From: Psammoneis japonica
Lineage: Eukaryota
Direction of reading: 5' to 3'
Length of the DNA: 64,000 bases
Assembly (NCBI GenBank): GCA_008632985.1
Contig: QPGO01000045.1
Coordinates: 186,001-250,000, forward strand
Every line of letters starts with the position of its first letter. Positions within the stretch are counted from its first letter, which is position 1. The notes under the pieces were generated by a model. That model was given only the letters and a program-made list of their open reading frames with translations, did not search any database and was not told the origin of the DNA. Shown here in pieces: positions 50,678 through 63,358 of the stretch. The position numbers were made by a program, and so were the translations under genes.

Positions 50678-53600
50678 ATGAAGTTCACGGTTCCACCAGA
50701 TACGCCGGCAAAAAAACCGCCTCAGCTCCATCAACATTCAAAAGCAAACCGGGATCTATTTGAGCGAACACATGGAATGATTGCGGGTTTATCGAGAGAA
50801 CATGCAGCAAGCAACCAGTCTGGTGCTACTGCTGCCGCCGAACTGAACAGAACTACGACGGTCAATACGAAGCATTCTTCTTCGCAAGGAGGTCCGCTTC
50901 GAAGCATCCATGACCGTAATCAACGTCCTCCAAGACAACAGCAAGTATTGTCTCGTGGCTCTGTGCCCTCTGCTCCTCGAAAGCAACCCGCTGCCAATCC
51001 TCAGCAGCAACTGAACGAGATCAAGACGGTGAGGAAGAATCTGCATCCGACGAACAATGGAAATCTACCAATTGCACACGACGGGCTCGTTCCGTTTTGG
51101 AGACGGCGGAAGAATCGGTACCAGCCCTCGAAGTTGCTCACCGGGCACAGGCGCAGAAAAGCTGCCTTGTTGGCTTTGGACAGTGAAAACAAGAGTAGCA
51201 TCAGACCGGGTGTGACAGGGACTGAAACGCAAAAAGCTCCGGTTTTCAGAGATAGTTCATCTGCAACCGAAACAACGGAGTCTGGTGTGGAGCGCAAGGC
51301 GAGAACGAACGCCCATGATTGTAGCACGGCAAATGCAAGCTTTCCTTCCAGGAAGGACATTGTTTCTCAGAACAAGGAAGTTTCTGCAGGAAACTGCAAT
51401 GATCCGTCGGCAACTCCTTTGACGGCTTCTGGAACNNNNNNNNNNNNNNNNNNNNNNNNNNNNNNNNNNNNNNNNNNNNNNNNNNNNNNNNNNNNNNNNN
51501 NNNNNNNNNNNNNNNNNNNNNNNNNNNNNNNNNNNNNNNNNNNNNNNNNNNNNNNNNNNNNNNNNNNNNNNNNNNNNNNNNNNNNNNNNNNNNNNNNNNN
51601 NNNNNNNNNNNNNNNNNNNNNNNNNNNNNNNNNNNNNNNNNNNNNGAAGGATGGAGTCTGGCTGTCCGGAAACAAGAGACATGAGATCAAGAGAATTATG
51701 GACCGTACAACGACCAAACGACAGAAGATCTCTCGTGGCCAAGATGTTGCAGCTGCCACCGTTGTCATGCTAGACGCGAACACAACTGAAAAGCCCAGGG
51801 AGGCTTCCAATGGATGTCTAGAACCAGCCGAAGTTTTACCGGGCAAACCGAGCGGAGCGCTGTTAGCGAAAGTATCTGCTACAGTTGGGAGAGAGGGTGA
51901 CGAAGCTGAAGGACGTGAAGGGGATAACGCCACACTACCACCCTCAAACCGAGACGGATCACCCGCTGAAGAGTGCAACATGCCAGGCGTCGATTCCTTC
52001 TCCGGGCCCGACAGCAATGGCAAAACTCAGCTAGATGTCAACGGATCTGTCAAACCAGGCAACAACGGTGATGCATTTCCAGAAGATTGTGGACCTGGTA
52101 AGCCAACGAGCGAAGTTTCCGTTGTTGAATCATCAGAGCCCACCACAACCACCCAGCACACCGCTGAGCCTACCACCATTGGCGCGATGGAGGCCACGAA
52201 TGCGAACGACGACTCAAAAACGAAACGGCACTCGGCAGTCCACACCAACAACGAATTGGAGTTTGCTGGGGGGGGTGTAGAGGCCGCTGCAAACGCGGAA
52301 AAGGGTGCGATTGACGGAACGAAAAAGAATGTAAGTCCATTTCGGATCTTGATTTCTTTTCAAGGATGATGTTCTCTCATTAAATTCGGTTATTTCTGCC
52401 TTTCAGGTTTCGATGAACGATGGGGCGGTCGCTCACTCCAACCTTCGAACCAGGAACAACGACGATATTGCGATCGACGTAGCTGGCACAGAGGAGTTGC
52501 TGGCTGCGACGGTTGTTGGGGCGGTCGCTCTTAACGAGCTGGGAACCGAGAGCACCGACGAATCGCCTTTGTCAGAAGCGAGTGCCGACAACAATGAAAT
52601 CGTCGAAGCAACGACTGGCGACAAGGTCGCTCACGCAAACCCCGGCAACAGGAGCAACTTTGATGGTGGAGCAATCGAGGCCGGACGAACTGGTGAGCTT
52701 GTCGTGGCGACCAAGCAGGGCAGAAGCGAACGGGGTCGAGTTTCCTTGGAAGCGCCTTCTGCCAAGCATGGTTCTGGCAAACAAGACCAAGCTTCCTTGG
52801 CAACACCTCGTGCTGTAACGGGGGGTGCCACGGACGATAGAGATGACAAGCACACCACACGTAGAAACGGATCTCACTCTGATACAACCCCTACAATCAC
52901 TGGGGACGATGCGAACGGCGACACGAGAAAGAAATGCCCCCCTGGAGGCGTCCCAACGACCGAAATGGAGAACACTACGAAACGGCACCCGACAGTCCAC
53001 ACCAACAACGAATTGGAGTTTGCTGGGGGGGATGCAGAGGCCGCTGCAAACGTGGAAAAGGATGCGATTGACGGAACGAAAAAGAATGTAAGTCCATTTC
53101 CCGGATCTTGATTTCATTTCAAGGATGATTTTCTCTCATTAAATTCGTGTATTTCTGTCTTTCAGGTTTCAATGAACGATGGGGCGGCCGCTCACGCCAA
53201 CCTTCGAACCAGGAACAACGACGATATTGCAATCGACGTAGCTAGCACAGAGGAGTTGCTGGCTGCGACGGTTGTTGGGGCCATCGCTCTTGATGAGCTG
53301 GGAGCCGAGAGCACCAACGAATCGCCTTTTTCAGAAGCGAGTGCCGACAACAATGAAATCGTCAAAGCAACGACTGGCGACAAGGTCGCTCACACAAACC
53401 CGGGCACCAGGAGCAACTTCGATGGTGGAGCAATCGAGGCCGCACGGACTGGTGAGCTTGTCGTGGCGACCAAGCAGGGCAGAAGCGAACGGGGTCGAGT
53501 TTCCTTGGAAGCGCCTTCTGCCAAGCATGGTTCTGGCAAACAAGACCGAGCTTCCTTGGTAACACCTCGTGCTGTAACAGGGGATGCCACGGATGATAGA

Positions 53601-54650
53601 GATGACAAGCACACCACACGTAGAAACGGATCTCACTCTGATACAACCCCTACAATCACTAGGGACGATGCGAACGGCAACACGAGAAAGAAATGCCCCC
53701 CTGAAGGCGTCCCAACGACCGAAACGGAGAACACAAATGCCGCCGTGATGGAGGCAACGGATGCGAGCGACGACTCGAAAACGAAACGGCACCCGGCAGT
53801 CCACACCAACAACGAATTGGAGTTTGCTGGGGGGGATGTAGAGGCCGCTGCAAACGTGGAAAAGGATGCGATTGACGGAACGAAAAAGAATGTAAGTCCA
53901 TTTCCCGGATCTTGGTTTCATTTCAAGGATGATTTTCTCTCATTAAATTCGTGTATTTCTGTCTTTCAGGTTTCGACGAACGATGGGGCGGCCGCTCACG
54001 GTGGTGGAACAATCGACGCCGCAGATGGCAAGCCGATGAAAACGAGTCGACCATCTCGAAAAATGAGACGCAAGCTCAAGCGAGACAACACCAAGAGTGG
54101 AGCCAAGCTTTTACCGAAAGGAGTGCTCCGCGACGATGGCGTCCTCATTCCCGTTGGGAAGAAGTCCACATGCGTCCCTGATGCTTGCTTAACAATAGCT
54201 AGCGACTTAGTCCCAGAAGAGGAAATGAGAAAGGAACTAGGCATTGACAAGGATTTATTTCGAAGAGACATAGTTGCCGATAAGGATGGCTGGGTTTCAG
54301 TGCCTGACATGGAAGCTTTTCTTAAAAGTAAAGGATTTCAGGTTGATGAGTTGGGATGTCACGAACGAGCTAGCAAGCTAAATTTGCTCAGAAAAACAGA
54401 AGGCAATTACATCATCATTGTTAAACAAACGGACGCAGGTGCGGAATCAACTCATGCCCTTGCCTTTTTAGCTGCAAGAGGTTGTCTCGTGGACAACGGT
54501 CCAAGAGCTCGCTTCGTCGAGATTCAAGACGAAGACCGCGTAATATTGAATAAGGAGAAGCTAGGAGCCAAGCGAAAAGCGAAAAAGATCTTTTCTCTTG
54601 TTATGAAGGGGGCGCTCGAAATCGAACATCTATACAGGATCTCAAGATAG
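50678..54650 (+). CDS. Long disordered protein with tandemly duplicated exons and a C-terminal putative papain-like Cys-His-Asp domain; exons 50678-52330, 52407-53087, 53166-53891, 53970-54650
   Basis: Three nearly identical phase-0 introns (GTAAGTCCATTT...TTTCAG) and all exon lengths are multiples of 3. An N-gap at 51436-51645 leaves exon 1 continuity unverified. Confidence 0.7.
51436..51645. other. Assembly gap (N run)
   Basis: Run of n characters. Confidence 0.99.
52187..54000 (+). repeat. Tandem duplication of an exon+intron unit of about 760-800 bp (about 2.3 copies)
   Basis: 52407-53165 and 53166-53969 are near-identical. The VHTNNELEFAGG..KKN + intron block occurs three times. Confidence 0.95.
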
Positions 54651-55280
54651 GGCAAGGCCTCATTGGCTGAGGGTCGGCAGGAGTAGGAAGAGGCGGCCGT
54701 AGATTCAATCGCTAAATGACTAACGGATTCGAGATGATTGCTTCCGAGTAGGCGAGAATATGCATGTGTATACCGGTAGCGTCGAGACTATCGACATTAT
54801 TAGTTACTATGCATTTTGTCTAGAACGTATGTCCCACTTGACATGGTCATTGGGGTTGTATTCAATTCCGTGCCCAAGGGATTATGATGGCGTCTGTAGC
54901 GTGAAATGTTGATGCGTGTCTTGCTAACGTTTCTATTGCGATTCCTCCTCTCGTTTTGTATCAGAAGGCGTAGGGTGGCAAATATTATCTCCGTGCCGCC
55001 TGTGATTCTTCCAACAAAGAAACACAGGCCTATCATGAAAGATCTGTGGTATGAGTACCCGCATTGCCCACGTCGCCACCGTCATCGTCAAAACCTCCAA
55101 AGTCGCGGTATTTGCCATCGTCTCCAAAGTCTGAATCCATAGCGCCCATACCTGCACCGTCATTGAGGCCTAGAAGAGTATCCGCTTCGTGCGTTGGAAA
55201 AGATGATGGGCTGGCACCGAATACTAATCGTTTCAACAAAACAACAGAAGAATCTCGTTCCAAACAACACGGCTGGGCAA

Positions 55281-55525
55281 CGTGACGTCGACGGCTTCAA
55301 ACCCCGAGGGCAAACGATGACAAATCACTGTGCTGACATTGCCCGATGCTCCAAAATGAACAACATACGTTTTGCCCGAACAAAAGGATGGTTGCGGGTG
55401 ACGTAACGTCGACGACTTCCGAACCCGAGGGCAAACGACAAATAATAATAACCACACTGAAATTGCCGGATGCGCTAAAATGAACAACATACGTTTTGCC
55501 CAAACAAAAGGATGGTTGCGGTGAC
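55281..55525 (+). repeat. Tandem duplication, unit about 121 bp
   Basis: ACGTCGACG.CTTC..A.CCCGAGGGCAAACGA...AAAATGAACAACATACGTTTTGCCC.AACAAAAGGATGGTTGCGG occurs twice. Confidence 0.85.
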
Positions 55526-56989
55526 AGTGCAAGTGCCACGCCCTCTCGCACCATGGCTCTGAAATCAAAATTTGCGCAAAAGTACAAGTTCCAGCAAAAA
55601 ACTAATGCCAGATCCCATCGCATACACCGGTATAACAAATTGGAAACAAGATGATGAAATTCGTAAAGTCTCAAGTTTTTACCTTCCAGTGTCACAACCA
55701 TGTCTTGTCCTCCACAGAAAAGACGGTAAAAGGCATGAAAGTGTACGTTATCCCATCCTCCGTATTCACGCTCCATGGGTGCCACGCGAATCGAATTAGC
55801 TTCACTGAGCACGGTACAGGACAGAGTCAGCAGCCCATCCACTTCGCCTTGTTTGGAAACAAACCATGAATCATCGTCTTGCGATGATGTCTTGATAATG
55901 GCAGCTTGATGCGTACATTCGGACGTGGTGGTGTGCTCTCGTGCAACGGATGTGGATGACGAAACATTATGGAACGACAACAACCTTTGCGTGCTTGTAC
56001 CGGTGTGGAATGCTCGACCGCGTTGTGCTTTGTAATCGGAAGAAAATGACAACAGCCTGCAAAAGCTCGTGATACTCCACAAACTAGACACAAGTCGTCC
56101 TCAAGCATACAGTATACAGAGAGCGTACAGTGAGACTCCTGTGTCCTCTTTTAGTTTGCTCATGTCGTCCTATGACGCTGGATTCGTTGGAACCAAGGCA
56201 CAATGCTGCGCCACACTTTTCCTGCAGTTTCGTTTTTTCTCGGTCATTTGATTTGCGTTGAGAACGCACCGGGGGTTAGTTGCGGCGCGTTGCTGGGGAT
56301 GGCTTCTTGTGCTAAAAGCACGTCAATCGCTAACATTATAATAAAATCGCATTGTAACGAAATTGTGAGACCTCGTCGTCAAATGGAGATTCTCGTCTCA
56401 CGCAAAAGACCCATGGTAGAAGATGTGTCCATGCCATTTACAAAAAATGACCGGGACAAATCTGGAACATGTGCGCTGACGCGCCCCAACGGTTAACGAA
56501 CACACTACTTGAAGGCCCGAGAAGGATTCTCTCTACTGGCTATAGTGGAAGAAAATTGAGATAGGCCGCTGATGCAGGGACTGCGTTGAGGAAGAAAAAC
56601 AGGCCAGCAGGGACTGCTTGACTGTGAGGACACATGGTATTCCTTCAGCGATAGCTCAAAGGTTGCACCGCATAGCAGATGATGTGTTGACCGACTATCC
56701 TCCATCCTTGCCCAGGGATGACGCATCCTCTCATTCAAAGAACTGAATCACGGACACTCCGGGAGCAGCTGAACAATAGCTCGAGAATGACTTAAGGTTT
56801 ACAGGAGTTTCGTAAGTCTTCATCCGCCGGCCTCGAGGTTGTCCTGTCGACGCCAAGCAACCATTCGTTGCTACGAGGCATTTCTTGTATGGCACACTGA
56901 TGCTCACTGCGATACACGGTTTTCTTGAGAAGCTTTCAGCAATTCTGCTTCGCGTTCCTTTGCTGCCGGTGTCGTTCCAAGCCGTTGTG

Positions 56990-57160
56990 TGCCGTCGATT
57001 CTTTTTCCCAGAACTGCATGGGCGATGTTTCAATCTTCCCCGTCAAAGCCTCCACGCCATCTGTAGTGACCAAGAGGGTGTGCTCAAATTGTGCCGACCG
57101 CTTTCCATCAATGGTGGTGGCCGTCCATTCGTCTGGCCATGTTAATGCTTTGGCTGTGTC
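56990..57160 (-). pseudogene. Isolated C-terminal fragment of a type I methionine aminopeptidase
   Basis: [34 protein letters not shown] is the MetAP1 C-terminal signature. The upstream catalytic region (FTIEPM etc.) is absent. Confidence 0.85.
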
Positions 57161-57249
57161 ACGGCAGCGCAAACAGTTAGACAGAGCCGACAGCAATCTC
57201 ATCAAACGCACATCTCATCAACTCTGCTCACCCGATCCCCTTCACAAAT

Positions 57250-57962
57250 CATGGGTTCAATTCTGAAGTGGAAGAATTCAACAACAAGAATCTTCAGAGG
57301 CTTGGCAAGCCCATTGCTCTAGTGCGAGCTAAAAGCACTGGTGACGGCAAGAAAAAGACGTCTGATTCCTTTCGAGGCTTGGAGAATTCGATGTACCTCA
57401 GCGTCGGAGCAAGAGCAATGCTTACCATGAATGTTGCCCAGTCGGCGGGATTGTGCAATGGAGCAACTGGGACAGCAAAGGACGTTGTGCATGACGAATC
57501 AGGCTCGGCTCCATCTCTTCCAAAGTTTGTGTGGGTTGACTTCGGCAGAGACTACGGTGGAGGATCGTTTTTCCCCGACGATGACAGTCCCCGAGTTTGG
57601 GTGCCAATTCACCCTGTGACTGCAGCCGTGTACACTCGAACGCGAGATGATACGGGCTATGATGAACATACTCGTACTATGTTGCCCTTGAAGCTTTGCT
57701 GGGCGATGACTATTTGGAAAGCTCAAGGCCAAACCATCAAGTCCCATTTTGTCGTCGATTTGTCCAACCGCGAGAAGGAGCATGGTTTGACCTACACTGC
57801 TTTTTCCCGTGCCCAATGCCTTTCAGATATTGCATTAGTCGATGGTATTACGCAAGATCGACTTTGTAAGAAGGTACGCAAGCACAAGGAATGGATAAGC
57901 GTCTACAGGAGGAGAGGCGTCTAGAAGCGCTACTACGAACGACCATCCAAGCTTTTCGATAA
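57250..57962 (+). pseudogene. C-terminal half of a PIF1/RecD-like SF1 helicase (Helitron-type), 5'-truncated
   Basis: LSVGARAMLTMNVAQSAGLCNGATG, RTMLPLKLCWAMTIWKAQGQTI (motif V), EHGLTYTAFSRA (motif VI). No Walker A/B upstream. Confidence 0.85.
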
Positions 57963-58351
57963 CCATTCTGTACTGTAGATCAATCCAATCCAGCTATTTT
58001 ATCCTTCTATCCTACCACATTCCTTGAAAACAACCAATCACCACCTTTGAGGGCAGGCGAACCCTATCTAACTGAGATTCGGGTCGTAGCACGTCGAGTG
58101 GCACCCCCTTCCTTGGAGGTACCACTCTCAGTCTCACCGGGGAGCAACCCCTTGGCTCTCGTGGGCCGTCTTGCAGAAAAAAATTACCGAGGCGCCACTG
58201 CAGTCAGCTACCTTGGTATAGTTGCTCGTAATTATTAGAGACGAGAGCAACCTCGTCTGCCCTTTATATCGGGACTTTCCCAAAAGTGGTAGATTGTAGA
58301 TTTTAAAATGAAGAATACTCCTCACCCTTGGACCACTCCATATAATATTCA

Positions 58352-58538
58352 ATATTGGTATCCGCTTGAGTCACCCAGTAAGGTGTTGGTATCCACTTGA
58401 GCCGCCCAGCAAGGTATTGGCATCCGCTTGAGCCGCCTCGTATGATGTAGTATCCGCTTGAACCGCCTCGTATGATGTAGTATCCGCTTGAGCCGCCCGC
58501 ATGACATGGCATCAACTTGAGCCGCCCCGCATGATGTG
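58352..58538 (+). repeat. Minisatellite, six units of about 30 bp
   Basis: Core (T/C)ATCCGCTTGAGCCGCC is repeated at about 30-bp spacing. Confidence 0.9.
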
Positions 58539-58982
58539 ACATTTTCCTATAGAGAAATATGGACAAAGATTAAAGGAAAACAAGAAGTTGAGAAAACCAT
58601 AAAAATACCGTGGAGTGATTTGATTCACTCACTGAGAATGTGAGAATGAAGAAACACATTTCGGCTCAAGAGAATATTCCCATTTGTTTTCATTGTGAAT
58701 CAGTTTTTGGGTTGACAACAGCAGGTCCAATGGTGTCAACACAACATCGATAATGCTCGTTTTCAGCGGCGACGGCCATTGTTGCAGGTGCTCCGTGTGG
58801 ATGATGTTTGTGGTTTGTGGTGCGGGGAGAAACGAGAAACGGCGCCGTCTTCAACGTGCGTGCGGCTCACTGCGATGCTGTGCAAGCGCCTGTGCTCCTG
58901 ATGTGAGCGCCGGTGCTCGCTCGCTCGCTGCGCAGCGCCCCAGACTGCGCGCGGCATGTGTGTTTTTTCATTTGCAGAGCGT

Positions 58983-59352
58983 GGCTAACGCCACCAACGC
59001 TGCTTGGGAGTTCGTCCTGCTGGCTGTGGTGGCAGTTTTGGTGGCTTCAGGCTTTACTGGGGTGACAACTCCCCAGCCCAAAACCGCCACCAGGCAGCCC
59101 AGGGAGGGAGAGGAGGGTCAATCACAGCTGCTCTTGCGGCCTCGACAGGCGGCGATGAGCTGCAACAAAGAATGCCATTGGCACTCGGTTCGTTCAAGGC
59201 TGTGAGTGGCTGCGGCATCTGTCCTTCTCCCTTCCAGCTCAAATGGCTGATGCCACCAATGCTGCTTCGGAGTTCGTCCCACTGAATGTGGCGGTGGTTT
59301 TGGCGACTTCAGGCTTTGCTGGGGTGACACAACTCCCCAGCCCAGAACCGCC
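58983..59352 (+). repeat. Diverged direct repeat of about 105 bp (58983 and 59244)
   Basis: GGCT.A.GCCACCAA.GCTGCTT.GGAGTTCGTCC...CTTCAGGCTTT.CTGGGGTGACA..ACTCCCCAGCCCA.AACCGCC occurs twice. Confidence 0.85.
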
Positions 59353-62279
59353 GCTGCTGCCAATCTTGGGAGCAAACAAGCAGGGCAGGAAAAAGAGGCA
59401 GAGCCGAGGGTGAGAAAATCAAGGGGCGGCAGCAAGTGCAGCTTCATTTGCAATTTGTTGGGCAGCCAGTGGGACGTCGGAGCCAGGCAAAAGAGTGAGA
59501 AGTTCCCGTAAATTCCAAGTGCCGCTGCACCGCCGCATCAACCCCACAGTGCAATGACAATGCAAGATGCCAGCAGTTTGTTCTTCCCAACAGACAAGTG
59601 ACACAATCACACCACCAAAGAAAACTGCAACACTGAGAGTCATGCCATCACACCTCCAAAGAATGACAAAATGCCATGAGTCGTTTTAACGGATCATCAA
59701 GCTTTTCATCGTCAACGGAAAATGCCGAAAATGCCACCGCAAGTGGAAGGTCACAAATGGACAATGCATTTGATGGTTGCCTTGATGCTTCCACATTTGC
59801 TTCACAGATGCAACACCAGGACAATGCATTGAAAAATGTTCAAAACATTTTGACAAGCGGGAGGAAAGTGACCAAGCGGAAATTGAAGGAAGCCAACAAC
59901 CAGCTGGCATTGGTGCAAAACAGCCTCTTAATTTTGCAAGCGGCAACAAAAGGAGCAACTGTGGCAGCTGCTGAAGCTGCTAGAATTCCCAATGTTGGAC
60001 ATGTCCACAACCACTTGAACAGTGAAAGGGCATGCAAGAAGCGAGTGGAAGAGCAGTTGAGAAAAAACCAGAAGCCGTCTCCATCTCAAGAATCAAGCAC
60101 AGCACCGGCAGGTCAAAAACCTGTGCTGGCAAAATTGGAGCCCCTCATTGCATTGGAGGACATGTGCAAAGAAAATCAGCAGCTGCAATCAGAGACTCAT
60201 GCCCAAAACAAGAGACCTCATCTCATGCCATCATCTCAATTTCATGAAAACTTCTGAATGCCGACAAACAAGGAATCAGGATTGCACAGAAAATTGGAGT
60301 TTGTTGACATGGTCCTGCTGGCTGTTCCCACATCAAAGCATGCCAAAGACATTGATTTTGCAGTGGAAAACTCAATGACTCAATTGAGCAGCCAATGAGT
60401 GGCTGACAGGATCATCCAAAAGTGATTGAATGCCACAGCCATGATGCACTCAGAGTGGGGCACTTCCGGCAACATCCCCACTGCTTCTGCTGATGAGATT
60501 TCATCAGCAACTCAAGAACTGCGACACTCACCACAGCCACTGGACACTCCAATGGGCAGAACAGAATCTGCCGCTGATGGCAGCTGTGATGGTCAGCCGC
60601 GGCCATGTCCTCCCAAACATTGAGTTTCGGAGTGGTGCCACATCCTTGTTGCTCCACCCAAAGGCACAGTCCAAGAAGTGCGCTGCTGGAGATCTTCACA
60701 AGAAGGAAGGTGCCCGCGGATTGTGTTGCTTCTGCACACCTGTTGGGTTGGGAAAGAATTCACGTGCCAACACAAATTTTGGAGTGCAAGATGATGAGCA
60801 TCTAAAGTGCTCTGAGCTCACCAAATCCAAGCATGTCAACAATGCTCTCCACTCCTTGCATCCATCCAAGGAAATCAGCTGAGACATGAAAGAGGGTGGT
60901 CACGCAGTGATGAAGATGTCACAAATTTGCTCACCTCAGAAGGCCCTGACAGTTTGTTCCAATGAGATGCTGAGACCTTGAAACACCCAGAAGAGTCCAA
61001 AGTCAGCGGCACTCTTTGGCTCAAGAAATTGTGGCAATGGCGGGTCATCTGGCTGAGTGGCAAAGACAGTGTCTCTGAATTCTCCTGGATTTGAAAGCTT
61101 TGGGTTGCTTCAGATTCACTTGACTGGGACCAAGAGACAAATGGTGTCCCTCTGCAGCTTTGACAGCTGCTGTCTCACGTGCATTGTCCTCCAGTGCAAA
61201 GCTGTCCATGTGTGGGTCAAAAAGAACAATTGACTGCATTGGTCTCAGCACCAAAAGGGGGCACATGGCACACAACTTCTCAATTGACACTTGCCTTTTG
61301 CACCAAGTTACAATCAAAGCAGTGGCACTTGCTGCCAGAGAGTTCATCCCACAATGGCAGAGACTTCTGTGCTTGGGCCAGTGCCGTCTTCATTGCTGTG
61401 TGGCTTTTTGCACACAGCCAGCACAGTGCCCCCCACTTCTGGCAGAGAGATGTCTTTCTTCCTGTGCCTCTTAGAATGGCAGATTGGCAAGTCATCATTC
61501 AAAATGGTGAAGCACGCCACACACACACCAGAGTGACAGATCACACATGAAGATGACCGCCTTCATGTTTGCCATGTCATGCTGGCGTGCACGCTTTGGT
61601 TCCGTGATGGCATCAATCCACACCCGGGTGCTTGTTTTGGCTTCACTCTGCTTTTTCCTCAAACAGGTGCTGAAAATCCAGCAAAGAGAGAAGTGCGCCA
61701 TAAAGCTAGAGGAAAACAACAAAAAACAAAGGCAAGTGCAAATGTGGGATGACTTGTGTGCAGAAGGGACACCAGCAAGTGCTGTGGTGCATGTGTGTGG
61801 GGTGGTGCCATTGAAAAGCAATTTCAAAGCCAATGCATCAAAAGAAAAGGGCAAATGTTGTCAAAAAACAATTCAACAATTAAAAGCAATTGTGATTTAA
61901 AACAGATCAGTTCACAAAATTGATCAAGAGCAAAAGACAACAAAGACACACATGAAACACAAACAACAAATGCATTGTGTGAAATCAAATTTGGAACGTT
62001 GTTTCACAAAAACAGCTGGAATGAAAAACACAAAGTGAAAAGCATCAAAACATGCAAATGAAAGCGGACATCAACATGTTGCAGCCTCTGATGATGGGAA
62101 AGGCAAGAGGAATGGAAATTCATTCAGGACCCCTGTCCATTTTATGAGCTTGGTGCCATCAGAAGCAATGGCAAGAGATGCCATGTGTGAGACAGAAGCA
62201 ACATTGCAGCATTGCTTTTGTCATTCAAACACTGCGCCCTTTTTGTGTGTTTGTTTCATCCAATGCTTTGGCATCTCAA

Positions 62280-63358
62280 ACCCAAGTCCATGGCATGTGT
62301 GAAGGCATGCGCTGCTGCATTTCAGCGTGGCTCCTGCCAGTCACAGGGAATCAGATGTGGAAAAAGAGAACACTGGGATTTGTTGGCCGCCATGGTCACC
62401 TTGATTCTTCTTGATCATGAAGCCCAATCTGCAGTGCTTGGTGCATGTCCTTCCTTTGGCTTGATCCGCAAGCCTGTCATGAGAGTCGTTGGCTCAATGT
62501 GTGGTTTGGACTTTCAAATGGGAGACAGCAAGCACAGAATGTTGAAATTCCATTGGCTGTGTTCAGGGATTTGAACAAATGCATTGGACAAATGGTGCAC
62601 AAGCACATGTCTGCACTCTCAGCTTCTTTCTGCTGGAGTTTGCACCTGAAGGATCTGTGTCAAGTGCATCAGCACTTGTGGCGCCCAAAGCACAGATGCT
62701 TGACGTGTCCAAGAGCATCAACCTCATCAACAGTTTGCACAGCTCAGTTCAATGTGGCCTCTCTCCTTGTTTCCATGACATGAGAGCTGGGCATCAGCTT
62801 GGTTTTGGTGCCTTTTCTGACCCTCTGGTGGGCTGCGGAGGCTGCCGAGATGGGATGACAAGAAGTTTGGCAGAGCTTCAGAAATGTTCATGCATGAATC
62901 CTCAGGCGAAACTTCTGGAGCAATTGTTGATGAGCTCACCACTCTTTTGGCATTGGGAAGGCTCAGCACCAAGAACAGGAAGCACGCTGCAGCTGCTTTT
63001 GATGCTGCAGTGGTCAACGTTGAAATCCAAGGATTTGTGAGACAATGTGGCCACATTGCAAACCTTGCAATTTGGTTGAACACTCCCTCAAAACTCTGGC
63101 AATGGCGCGGAACATGCCTGGGGTGGCAACTGCTTTGTGGCTGGCGGAGCCATCAAGGGTGGCAGAATCTTGGGAGAGTGTGGTCCTTCCGACATGTCTG
63201 AGAACAGCAAAGTTGATGTTGGAAGAGGACAGCTCATCCCGACAACTTCTTGGGATCTGATCTGGCCCGGCATTGCACAATGGACCGGCATCACCAATGC
63301 TGAAGATTTTGACCATGTCTGCCCAAATCGATTTTGTTTCCACATTTGCTGCATTTGA
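62280..63358 (+). pseudogene. Decayed DUF1800 + DUF1501 fusion-type gene relic (may extend upstream to about 60300)
   Basis: ILLDHEAQSAVL...PSFGLIRKP, IGQMVH, SFFLLEFAPEG...LVAPKAQMLD, IVDELTTLLALGRL (DUF1800-like), then NGAEHAWGGNCFVAGGAIKGGRILG...GRGQLIPTTSWD.IW.GIAQW.G (DUF1501 C-terminus), with frameshifts. Confidence 0.75.

Noticed and set aside
58352..58538. CRISPR-like appearance of regularly spaced repeats
   Set aside because: The 'spacers' are short and similar to each other, there are no cas genes, and the context is eukaryotic; it is a minisatellite.
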